Below are positions 10,087 to 18,548 of a stretch of DNA of 64,000 nt, in pieces. The first letter of the stretch is position 1, and every line of letters starts with the position of its first letter. The notes under the pieces were generated by a model. That model searched no databases. It worked only from the letters and a program-made list of their open reading frames with translations, and was not told the origin of the DNA. This DNA is from an uncultured Chloroflexia bacterium (lineage in GTDB: Bacteria; Chloroflexota; Limnocylindria; QHBO01): NCBI GenBank assembly GCA_963814375.1, contig CAWFCQ010000004.1, positions 224,001 through 288,000 of the forward strand. Reading direction: 5' to 3'. The position numbers and the translations under genes are program-made.

Positions 10087-10878
10087 ATGTTCCCGATCGG
10101 CCGATTCGCCCGCCTCGGCGGCCTCAGCGCCAAGCAGCTGCGCGCCTACGACGCGCTCGGCATTTTTCGGCCGGTGTGGGTCGATCCGTCGAGCGCGTAT
10201 CGCTACTACTCTCCGGCGCAGCTGCCGGAGCTGCGTCGCATCCTCGCCCTGCGTCAGCTCGGGATGCCGCTCGACGAGATCGGCGAGCTGATCCGTGGCG
10301 GCGACCTGCGTACGGCGCTCTCCCGAAGACGCAAGGAGCTGGAGCGGGAGCGCCGCCTCGTCGAGGAGCGGCTGGCAGCCCTGGACATCAGCGTCGGGGA
10401 CACAGATGTCGTCGTCCGCCCGGTGGCCGTGGAGCCGGTGGCCGTCATGCGGGTCGACGACGCCGTCGAGCACGCGTTCGACGAGCTCGAGGCGTACGTC
10501 CGCGACCTCGGCCGCAGGGCGCATCGCCCTCCCGGCGCCATCCCGTCGCGGCGCGAGATCTTCGTGCCGGTCACCGGTCCGATCGCCGAGTCCGACCGCG
10601 TCTCGTATCGGCGGTTGCCGGCGGCGCGGGTCGCATCGGTCATCCATCGGGGCCCGTACGAGGGCATCGCGCGCGCTCGCGAGGCGCTGCTGCGGTGGGT
10701 GGAAGCCTCCGGCCTGGCGCCGGCAGGACCGATGCGGACGCTCTACCTCCAGTTCGGCGCCGATCCCGCCCTCGGCCTCCCACCCGGCTGGGTGGTTGAG
10801 CGATCCGAGGACCTCGTCACCGAGCTCCAGCTTCCCGTGACAGACGCTTCGGAATTCGCGCGCAGTCCTGAGGTCTGA
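10087..10878 (+). CDS. MerR family regulator with GyrI-like effector domain
   Basis: 'IGRFARLGGLSAKQLRAYD..YRYY' HTH; 'HRGPYE' GyrI-like motif. Confidence 0.9.
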   Translation: MFPIGRFARLGGLSAKQLRAYDALGIFRPVWVDPSSAYRYYSPAQLPELRRILALRQLGMPLDEIGELIRGGDLRTALSRRRKELERERRLVEERLAALDISVGDTDVVVRPVAVEPVAVMRVDDAVEHAFDELEAYVRDLGRRAHRPPGAIPSRREIFVPVTGPIAESDRVSYRRLPAARVASVIHRGPYEGIARAREALLRWVEASGLAPAGPMRTLYLQFGADPALGLPPGWVVERSEDLVTELQLPVTDASEFARSPEV

Positions 10879-10925
10879 TACGATCCGGACCTGCTCAATT
10901 GAGCACGAAACCGGCGCAATCGAGT

Positions 10926-11002
10926 GGGCGGCTAGCTCAGCTGGTTAGAGCACTTGCTTGACATGCAAGAGGTCACTGGTTCGAGTCCAGTGTCGCCCAC
11001 CA
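10926..11002 (+). tRNA. tRNA-Val(GAC)
   Basis: Full cloverleaf, anticodon arm CTTGC-TTGACAT-GCAAG, GGTTCGAGTCC T-arm, encoded CCA. Confidence 0.97.
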
Positions 11003-11026
11003 AGACACCGATCTGAGCACGAAAAT

Positions 11027-11045
11027 GACCGCCATCACGGCGGTC
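11027..11045 (+). terminator. Hairpin after tRNA
   Basis: GACCGCC-ATCAC-GGCGGTC; no U-tract. Confidence 0.4.
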
Positions 11046-11061
11046 TCGCGGCTTCCGGGCG

Positions 11062-11077
11062 TGGCAAGCCCGATGCG
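11062..11077 (+). promoter_or_regulatory. Candidate sigma54-type promoter
   Basis: TGGCAA-GCCCG-ATGCG; ATG at 11090. Confidence 0.45.
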
Positions 11078-11089
11078 ATGTCCTTCGAC

Positions 11090-11335
11090 ATGGGACGCCG
11101 CTGGTGGTTCTTCATCATCCCGCTTGGCCACATCGCCATTTTCGCGGTGTACTGGTTCCTGAGCTATGACCCAGCCGGCACCGTCATGTCGGTCCTGTTC
11201 GCCGTTGCCATCGCGGTCATGGGCTTCACCTTGCTCCCCACCATCCGCGACGTGGGACCGACCGCACCGGTCGATGAGGATTGGGATCGGAATCGGTCGG
11301 AGTCAGCCGAAGCCGCGGAGCCGGCCGACCGGTAG
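11090..11335 (+). CDS. Small 2-TM membrane protein
   Basis: Hydrophobic ORF MGRRWWFF...; alternative start 11078. Confidence 0.65.
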   Translation: MGRRWWFFIIPLGHIAIFAVYWFLSYDPAGTVMSVLFAVAIAVMGFTLLPTIRDVGPTAPVDEDWDRNRSESAEAAEPADR

Positions 11336-11470
11336 GCTGGGCAAGGCATCGCGTTTTCCAATCCGTCACCAAGCGGAACGCCTTGCGTCGGCAACGCGCT
11401 CGCCGGTGGCCCGCCAAGTGGTCGGCTGTCCCGCGCGGGAGGGAAGGATGCGTCGGGGGCGCGGCGGCCT

Positions 11471-11963
11471 CTAGTTTGCGGCCGCCTCCGTAGTTCGCTC
11501 GCGGAGCAGGAAAATTCCTACGCCGAGCATGATGCCGCCCCAGACCAGGAAACCGATGTCGTAGAGGAGCTCGTCTGGGCCGGGCCGCACGTGGTGCACG
11601 CCCAACAGGTGGTGGTCTACCAAGCCCTCGACGACGTTGAAAGCGCCCCATCCGGCGAGCATGCCCCCGACGAGGTGGGACCAGCCCAGGGAGGCACCAC
11701 TCCGCACCCCTCCCCAAATGAGCACGACCCCAATCAACGTGAAGACCCAGGTCGCGGCATGAAAGAGCCCATCAGCGAGCGTATTCAGCTCGAGATTCGC
11801 GATTGAGTTGGGGGGCGTGTGAGCCGACAGCATGTGGTGCCACTGCAGGATCTGGTGCAGCACGATGCCGTCGAAGAAGCCACCGAGCCCGAGCCCTAGC
11901 AAGATCGTACCGGCGGTAACGAGCGACCCGCCAGAGACCTGCGACTCGAGCCCGGTGCTCCAC
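11471..11963 (-). CDS. DUF2243-like membrane protein (start region apparently frameshifted)
   Basis: 'GFFDGIVLHQILQWHH', 'DGLFHA', 'DHHLLGVHHVR'; removing one G from GTGGAGC gives an in-frame GTG start. Confidence 0.8.
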
Positions 11964-11968
11964 CGACT

Positions 11969-12448
11969 CTAGGCGCTGGCGATCTGGACCGCGAAGTCGG
12001 CCAGGCTCTTGCCCAGCTCGTCCGCGCCGGCCTTGATCTCGCGCTTCATCCTGGTGGCCGCATCGCGGAGATCAGTGTCCTTGCGATCGCGGGCGATCTT
12101 GATGACCGCATCGGCGCTGTCCTGCTGCTTGCGCTTCAGGTTGAGGAGCACCGCATGCGCCTCGTAGGCCTCGCTCTCCTCGCTGTCGGCCTTGGATGCC
12201 GTCTCCTCTGCCAGGGTCGATAGGGCCTCGGCCACCTCTTCCCGCTTGCCAGCGGCGCCGAATGGCTTTCCGAACTTGACGAGCTGGTCGAGGTGGCGCT
12301 GGTCGATCTTGCCCGCGGCTTGGAGCTGACGCTTGACCTTCGCGACCGGGTGCTTCGTCGCCAGTTGCTTCCCGGTTTCGACGATGGTGGTCTGGATCGC
12401 GATGGCCTCGTCGAACTCGTGCTTGATGAACTCGGTCCCCGCTGGCAT
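11969..12448 (-). CDS. Ferritin-like four-helix protein
   Basis: GGAGGAG RBS, ATG at 12448; amphipathic helices with 'DQRHLDQL' and 'YEAH'. Confidence 0.65.
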   Translation of the reverse strand: MPAGTEFIKHEFDEAIAIQTTIVETGKQLATKHPVAKVKRQLQAAGKIDQRHLDQLVKFGKPFGAAGKREEVAEALSTLAEETASKADSEESEAYEAHAVLLNLKRKQQDSADAVIKIARDRKDTDLRDAATRMKREIKAGADELGKSLADFAVQIASA

Positions 12449-12500
12449 GACTGTTTCTCCTCCCGATGATTCATGGGGGGCGGCTGCCCGAGCCCCGTAA

Positions 12501-12516
12501 AGCAGGGGCTGTGCCA
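12501..12516 (-). promoter_or_regulatory. Candidate sigma54-type promoter
   Basis: TGGCAC-AGCCC-CTGCT. Confidence 0.65.
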
Positions 12517-12528
12517 GCCCGCTGAATT

Positions 12529-12544
12529 TGGCACAGCGGTTGCT
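12529..12544 (+). promoter_or_regulatory. Candidate sigma54-type promoter
   Basis: TGGCAC-AGCGG-TTGCT, a full consensus match. Confidence 0.7.
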
Positions 12545-12580
12545 TTTAGAGCCCGTCGACAAGAACAGCGTTCGGAGGGG

Positions 12581-12821
12581 ATGGACGTGGCTCTTGCACC
12601 CACCAAACGGCACGACCGGCCGGACGACCACTGGCTTGGAGCGCCGTAGGCTGCTCCGCCGACTCATGATTACGTGTCCCGTCACTGGAGCGGCGACCGA
12701 CACCGGACTTGACCTGTTCGATGTGCCTGAGGTCGGCACCAGACCGCAGCTCTTGATCGATTGCCTCGAGTGCGGGCAGGACCACCTTTGGAACATCGAT
12801 GAGGTAGTGGTCGACAACTAG
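12581..12821 (+). CDS. Small Zn-ribbon-like protein (apparent +1 frameshift near 12638)
   Basis: GGAGGGG RBS and ATG 12581; 'ITCPVTG..TG..CLECGQDHLW'. Confidence 0.65.
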
Positions 12822-12897
12822 GCTGACTTGGCTCTCACGCCCGTAGCGCGGTGAGGAATTTGGGGGAGTAGCATCGAGTCGTCTAGGGTCTCTCAGC

Positions 12898-13122
12898 TTG
12901 ACCCTGGCAGGAGGCCAGACCTTGTCGGATGCAACCCCAACCGAGGGCAATCGGAGTCCTAAGGGTGGATGGAAGCGTGCCGGGTTGGCCGCCTTGGCGG
13001 TATTCCTGATCTTCCTGGTGCTGTACGTCGTCGGAGTGATCCCACAGACCGGCGCGTGGGCGGCCGCTTGGATGCCATTCGCGGCGGTGGCGGGGTGGCT
13101 AGGGTACCGCGGCACAATCTGA
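12898..13122 (+). CDS. Small 2-TM hypothetical protein
   Basis: Hydrophobic ORF; start uncertain. Confidence 0.45.
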   Translation: MTLAGGQTLSDATPTEGNRSPKGGWKRAGLAALAVFLIFLVLYVVGVIPQTGAWAAAWMPFAAVAGWLGYRGTI

Positions 13123-13189
13123 CAAGCCATTGCCCTGGCATCCTGCTCTCCGCAGTTGTTCCGAAGTCAGGCGACGCCATGATCGGTGC

Positions 13190-13491
13190 GTGACGGACGG
13201 AATTGCCTGGAGTCGAGCGCTCATCGTCGGCCTAACAGTCGGCCTCGGCTTCGCCGTGATCGGAACGCTGAGCGCTGTCGCCGGGACCCTTGCAGAGCGG
13301 GAGTGGACCGAGTACTTCTTCAACTTTCTGATCGAAGCAGCCCTCTACGTCCCGATTGCAGTTGTGACTTCAGCGATCGCGATGAAGCTTCGACCCAATT
13401 GGGGGTGTGGTGCGCTGGGCTGTGCCGCAGTCCTTGGAGTCTTCACGTGGGAGGAGTAGTCATCGCCCTGATCGTCCCCCTCCTCAGCTAG
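13190..13491 (+). CDS. Small multi-TM hypothetical protein (possible frameshift near 13447)
   Basis: CATGAT-N6-GTG start; the hydrophobic C-terminus continues in another frame (VGGVVIALIVPLLS). Confidence 0.5.
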
Positions 13492-13764
13492 CCGGGAGGA
13501 TTGCGTCTGGATTGCTGCGGATGTAGCGCTTGTCGCCCGGGTCCGGCTCGACTAGTTCGCATTTGCGGAGAGCTAGAGGACTCAAGGTCGCGGCGATTGG
13601 CAGTCGCTCGGAGCGGCATTGGGCTACGACGCGGGTCTTGTCTGCGAATTGACAAGTCTCACGTCGGCCATCGGCTATGCATCTAGCGTCCCAAAGCCAA
13701 ACCTCGACAGAACATCTCGGCCAGCGCAGACTGCGCGTACCAGCCGGGACGGAGGAATTTGGGC

Positions 13765-14705
13765 ATGAGCGACACACCACTTGCCATCAAGGTCGCAGGG
13801 GAAGGCACTCGGGCCCACGCGTCCGCGTGGACCTCAGACGACGAGACGTGGATCAAGCAGCTGAGCGATTCCGAGAAGGTGGTTCGGATCCGGATCCCCG
13901 CGGATTCAGACTCAGACACCGAGGGTCACGCGATCTCGACCGCCGTGACCGTATTCGTCGACGCGGACGATGACGACACCGAAGGCCATACGCTGAGGCT
14001 GCACTTCCCGTCGGTTCATGAAGCGAACGACTTCCGTCGGAATCTGATGGCCGCGGGGCTGCTCACCGCGACCCTGGCGGTCGGCGCGGCAGGTGGAGCG
14101 GCAATCGGCATGGCCGCCTCCGGCATCGACGCGAACGAAGCCAGCATCGTCTCGAGTGTGGGCCAGTACGATCCCGCCAACATGGGTGGCACCATCACCA
14201 CCTCGGCTGCCAGCTTGGGCCAGGCCGATCCGGCCAACATGGGTGGCACCATCACGACCTCGGCTGCCAGCTTGGGCCAGGCCGATCCGGCCAACATGGG
14301 TGGCACCATCGCGCCAGCGGCTGCTAGCTTGGGCCAGGCCGATCCGGCCAACATGGGTGGCACCATGCACGTCGGCCGCCAGCTTGGGCCAGGCCGATCC
14401 GGCCAACATGGGTGGCACCATCGCGCCAGCGGCCGCCAGCTTGGGCCAGGCCGATCCGGCCAACATGGGTGGCACCATCGCGCCAGCGGCCGCCAGCTTG
14501 GGCCAGGCCGATCCGGCCAACATGGGTGGCACCATGCACGTCGGCCGCCAGCTTGGGCCAGGCCGATCCGGCCAACATGGGTGGCACCATCACGTCGGCC
14601 GCCAGCTTGGGCCAGGCCGATCCGGCCAACATGGGTGGCACGCCGCCGTCGGACACCAGCAGCGAGGAGGACGCCCCGCCGTCGACCCCGCCTGGCATCC
14701 GTTAA
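13765..14705 (+). CDS. DTEGH-motif membrane protein with 9 tandem GQADPANMGGT repeats (two apparent frameshifts)
   Basis: GGAGGA RBS; TM segment; the repeat reading continues across three frames and ends PPSDTSSEEDAPPSTPPGIR*. Confidence 0.75.
14161..14642 (+). repeat. Coding tandem repeat, 9 units (57,57,57,55,57,57,55,54 bp plus a partial 33 bp)
   Basis: Core GGCCAGGCCGATCCGGCCAACATGGGTGGCAC counted directly. Confidence 0.95.
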
Positions 14706-14801
14706 GCAGCCCAGAGGGTCACTCGGGCGGCTTTCTTAGACCTGCGTGACGACCCGCCGAGCGCTTTGAGCAATCCATAGCCGCTTGACGGCCGAGGACC
14801 G

Positions 14802-15752
14802 TCACAGCCACCCACGCCATTTGGCCGCGATGAGCGTGCCGGCGGCCATCGCCAGCATCGCGCCGATCACAACCCAGAAGAGGTCGGGCTGGTCGAACAG
14901 CGGGACCTTGAAGTTCATGCCCATGACGCCGGCCAGGACGACCGACGGCAGGAGGATCACCGACGCGAGCGTCAGGATCCGCATGGTGTCGTTCGTCCGC
15001 TGCGCCATGCGCGTCATGTGGATGTCGAACGTGCCGATCAGCATCTCGCGAACGTTGCTGATCGCATCGCCGGCGCGTTCGAGCCGCTTGGCGACGGCCA
15101 CGAACGCGTCGGCATGCTCGGCCATCGACGCCGGCAGGAAGTCCGGCCGGGACAGCTCGGCGGCCAGGTCCCGATGCGGGATCAGGATGCGGCGCACGCG
15201 CGCGATGCGGCGACGAACCTGCACCAGCCTATCGACGAGGTCGCGCTCGGTGCGCAGCGCCGCGTCATCGAGCCTGTCGACGATACGCTCAAGCTCGGCC
15301 GCGGCATTGAAGAAGGTGTCGACATGCCAGTCCATGATCGAGGCCATGAACTCCACCGACGTGAGGCGCCCGACCTCGCGCTGGTCCTGGATCAGCTCGC
15401 GGTGAGCGTCGAGGAACGGGACCGATTCAGCATGGTGTGTAACCACCCAGCCCTCGCCGGCGAGGATGCGCATTGGCACCGGATCGGCCTCGAGGTCGTC
15501 GGCCTGCGTCAGGAGGACGACTTCCACGGCGCCGTCATGGATGCTGGCGGCCGGCCAGTCCGCGTCGTCAAGCAGCCGCGCGGCGAGGTCGTCGCCGATG
15601 CCCAACGCGCGGGCGATCGCGTGGGGGTCGTCGGGCTCGTCGGCATCGACCCACAGCAGCTCGTCGGCGGCGAGCGGTCGCGACTCCCATTCGGCGATGT
15701 CGACCGCCTCGTCGGTACCGTCGGCCCTGCAGAAAAGTGCCGTGATGCTCAT
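14802..15752 (-). CDS. corA: CorA family Mg2+/Co2+ transporter
   Basis: GMNF signature and two C-terminal TM helices. Confidence 0.9.
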   Translation of the reverse strand: MSITALFCRADGTDEAVDIAEWESRPLAADELLWVDADEPDDPHAIARALGIGDDLAARLLDDADWPAASIHDGAVEVVLLTQADDLEADPVPMRILAGEGWVVTHHAESVPFLDAHRELIQDQREVGRLTSVEFMASIMDWHVDTFFNAAAELERIVDRLDDAALRTERDLVDRLVQVRRRIARVRRILIPHRDLAAELSRPDFLPASMAEHADAFVAVAKRLERAGDAISNVREMLIGTFDIHMTRMAQRTNDTMRILTLASVILLPSVVLAGVMGMNFKVPLFDQPDLFWVVIGAMLAMAAGTLIAAKWRGWL

Positions 15753-15900
15753 CGGGAGCGCGTGCCGCGCCGACGGGTCACTTGCGCCATCGGCGAAGCC
15801 GACTCAGAAGCGCAGGCAGCGCTCGATACGCTCGTGTGCGATCGACGGCGAAGGTCACGAGAACGACGACGATGACGGGTGCCACCAACGCCTCCACGGC

Positions 15901-16080
15901 CTAGTTCTCGCTCGCCACGGTGATGATCGCCTCGTCGCGGCGCCATTCGTGGTCGGCCCCGCAACGGTCGCAGCCATTCAGGACGTTGACCGTTGGTAGC
16001 TCGTCCAGCTCATCGCGTGAGAGCCCGGTTGGCACCATGTCACCGGTAGTCGGGCAAGTAATCAGAACCACCGACCTCAC
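15901..16080 (-). CDS. Small Zn-ribbon-like protein (paralog of 12581..12821)
   Basis: 'LITCPTTG..PTG..CDRCGADHEW'. Confidence 0.7.
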   Translation of the reverse strand: MRSVVLITCPTTGDMVPTGLSRDELDELPTVNVLNGCDRCGADHEWRRDEAIITVASEN

Positions 16081-16198
16081 TCGAGGGCCCCAGTTTCCTC
16101 TAGCCGGCGGCAGCTTCCGGTGAGTGCAGATGGAGGTGGACCCCGGCCGACCCATCAGGGCACGTGAGTCATGGCCGTGGCCCCCTGTGTCCCTTCAA

Positions 16199-16214
16199 TG
16201 CAACCGGCGTGCCG
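16199..16214 (-). promoter_or_regulatory. Candidate sigma54-type promoter
   Basis: CGGCAC-GCCGG-TTGCA. Confidence 0.65.
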
Positions 16215-16234
16215 CTGCGGACACCGAGCAGGCG

Positions 16235-16471
16235 CTAGCCGCCGGCCAGCGTGTCCTCGCTCGGCGGCAGCGGCGGGCTGATCGGGAGCAAGTCCTCGAG
16301 GGATGCGAGTAGGCTCGCCGAGCTCACCTCGTTTTCAGGCGTGCACTCGGCCAGGTTGGGTTCGGTCCCCGGCGTGAACGGCCCATGTGCTCTCGCCAGC
16401 GAGCCGTCCTCGGCTCGAATGACCAGGTACGGCATGTTGTCGTAAATGACCCGCACGGCATCGGCGACCAT
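16235..16471 (-). CDS. Small hypothetical protein
   Basis: GAGGA RBS and ATG; protein-like composition. Confidence 0.6.
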   Translation of the reverse strand: MVADAVRVIYDNMPYLVIRAEDGSLARAHGPFTPGTEPNLAECTPENEVSSASLLASLEDLLPISPPLPPSEDTLAGG

Positions 16472-16646
16472 GGCTTCCTCGTAAATAGGGAAGAGACTGG
16501 GCCGCAAAAGCGCATTGGCCCAGTCTCCGCTGTCCCCCGAGCGCGATCCCGTCCGGCCCTGCAGGGCTTTGCGAGCGGTCAGCTCACCGTGGCGGGTACG
16601 GCTCTCGGTTCAGCCTATTGCAGGATTGTGGCCAGTCCGGTCGCAG

Positions 16647-17238
16647 TTAGCGGTCGGAGCGGCTTGAACCACCCAGCAGTGAGCCGAGCAGGTCATCGAG
16701 GCCCTGTGACTGCGTTCGTGGCGTGGTCGTGGAGCCGGTGCTCCCACCGCCCAGGATCCCGCCCAAGAGGTCGTCGAGCCCGAACCCGCCGGCGCCACCG
16801 CTCTGCCGCTGCTTGCGCCCGAGCATGTTCATCACGATCGGGGCGAGCATGGAAAGCAGCGGACCGATGGTGCCCATGTCGAGGCCGCTCTTCTTGGCGA
16901 CTGCCTCCTCGGCCGCCGTCTGGCGATCACCGAGGGCGTGCTTCAGGATTCCGGTGCCGTCGGCGCGCCGACCACTGACGTTCCCGGCCAGGTAGTCGTC
17001 GAGGTCGTCGAGCAAGCTGCCGTCGTGATCTTCGGCGAGAGCGCGCGTCAGTCCGGGCGCGGCATTCGGGTCGGACGCCTCCGCCCCGAGTGCGCCGACC
17101 AAGAGCGGGAGGGCATCGTTGATTGCGCTCCGTGGTGCGATCGGGGTCAGCCCCGATCCGAGTGCTGATGCGCTGCACGCGCTCATCGGAGAGCTCGTCA
17201 TTGAGGCTATCGATCAGGGTCGCTGTTGGGGACGTCAT
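16647..17238 (-). CDS. DUF937-like protein (apparent +1 frameshift near 17130)
   Basis: 'HDGSLLDDL', 'DGTGILKHALG', 'LAPIVMNMLG'; the N-terminus lies in ORF 16927..17238. Confidence 0.8.
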
Positions 17239-17277
17239 CGGATTACCTACTTTGCTGGGTTCGATCCAGCAGTCAAT

Positions 17278-17293
17278 CGCAAGTCCGATGCCG
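17278..17293 (-). promoter_or_regulatory. Candidate sigma54-type promoter
   Basis: CGGCAT-CGGAC-TTGCG. Confidence 0.6.
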
Positions 17294-17393
17294 CGGATCG
17301 AAATCGCTAGCCCCGGGTGCTCTCAGGAGCCAGCCCAGGAGACGCGATTCAACGCCCCGCGGAACGAACACGTGGACGACGAGGAATGCTGCC

Positions 17394-17675
17394 TCAGGCC
17401 CCCGGCAGGCGGCCGGTGGCCTGCTCGTACATCGCGGATGCACACTGGCCGCACCCCAAGCCATCGGTGAACTCGTGGGGCTCATCCTGCTCGACCTCTT
17501 CGACGGCGAGCACCTGGCCGCAGAGGGCCACGAGTTCGATCGCGCTCCCGGAGTGACGCTGCCATGCGATCCGGTGCCACGGTCCGCCTCCGTCCGGGCT
17601 GCCGGCCCACACGTGCGTCACCGGCTCGAGATCCGGAGAGGCACCCGCCACTGATGTCTCAGGTTCCTGCTCCAT
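17394..17675 (-). CDS. Small putative Zn-binding protein
   Basis: GGAGGG RBS; WH...ALCG...CGQC pattern. Confidence 0.6.
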   Translation of the reverse strand: MEQEPETSVAGASPDLEPVTHVWAGSPDGGGPWHRIAWQRHSGSAIELVALCGQVLAVEEVEQDEPHEFTDGLGCGQCASAMYEQATGRLPGA

Positions 17676-17713
17676 CGTCCACGCCCTCCAGTGTCTCCTC
17701 GGAGCGGACCTGA

Positions 17714-17729
17714 CGCATGACCTGTGCCA
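17714..17729 (-). promoter_or_regulatory. Candidate sigma54-type promoter
   Basis: TGGCAC-AGGTC-ATGCG. Confidence 0.6.
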
Positions 17730-17767
17730 GCGGCCCACCGCGACGCCGACACGCGCACGCCGAGTCG

Positions 17768-18454
17768 TCAGCCGGAGGCGGCTGCCTCGGGGACGAACGC
17801 GACGCAGCAGCCGCCCGGACGCGCGTCGAGGACCGGCCGCAGGTCGTCGGCATGTGCGCCGCGCACCAGCCCTTCGGCCATGGCGAGGTTCGTGCCACAC
17901 ACCAGCGGACGGTGCTCGTTTGCCAGGGCGTGGAAGGGACAGTTCCGCAGCCGGATCGTGCCGTCGGCTTCGGTCACCGGCTCGTAGCCGCCGTCCTCGA
18001 GCGCCGCGACCAGCCTCCCGGTCGGTGTGCGTCTCCGTGACCGCCGGGCGAGCCGCTCACCGAGATCGCGCGCTGCCTGCTCGAGCGGCATCGGCACCGA
18101 TCCGGAGCCGATCTCCTCGAGAACCGATGCGAACAGCTGAGCCGCCCGCTCATAGCGCCGGTCGGGGAGCGAGACGGCGAACTCGCGATCGGCGCGCCAG
18201 TAGACGCGAGCGGGACGGCCCGCACCCGGGCCGACCTTGCCGGTCAGGCGCCGGTAGCCCGCATCCAGCAGGCCGGCGTGCTCGAGCCGGTCGAGGTGGA
18301 AGGTCGCGAGCGCCCGCGTGATGTGGAGGGCCTTCGCGGCCTCTTCGCGCCCCACGGGCCGATCCTGGTCCACGACCCAGTCGTAGAGCGCGCGGCGCAC
18401 CGGCTCGTCGAGGAGCGCGAGAGCGTCGAGGTCCTGGTCGCGGGATGGTGGCAT
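17768..18454 (-). CDS. ArsR/SufR-like HTH regulator with C-terminal Cys ligands
   Basis: 'ATFHLDRL..GAGRPARVY', 'NCPF', 'VCG', 'CC'. Confidence 0.85.
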   Translation of the reverse strand: MPPSRDQDLDALALLDEPVRRALYDWVVDQDRPVGREEAAKALHITRALATFHLDRLEHAGLLDAGYRRLTGKVGPGAGRPARVYWRADREFAVSLPDRRYERAAQLFASVLEEIGSGSVPMPLEQAARDLGERLARRSRRRTPTGRLVAALEDGGYEPVTEADGTIRLRNCPFHALANEHRPLVCGTNLAMAEGLVRGAHADDLRPVLDARPGGCCVAFVPEAAASG

Positions 18455-18548
18455 CGGCGCAATCTATCACATGGTCTGGCTCACAATAGATTGGCGGCGG
18501 GCCGTGCTGCGCGCCCCGCGCGCGAAGCTGGATCCGGTGCGCCACCGG

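Noticed and set aside
11902-11971. Stop-codon readthrough fusing the ferritin-like gene to DUF2243 (same frame, single TAG)
   Set aside because: A one-base insertion destroying a GTG start at 11963 is simpler, given the window's many +1 indels.
14161-14642. CRISPR array
   Set aside because: The variable parts are only about 5-10 nt and recur, the units mostly keep a codon frame within a gene that has an RBS, and no cas genes are present.
16492-16526. Hairpin GAGACTGGGCC...GGCCCAGTCTC as a repeat element or riboswitch
   Set aside because: It is a single copy with no recognisable aptamer, so it is at most a local UTR structure.
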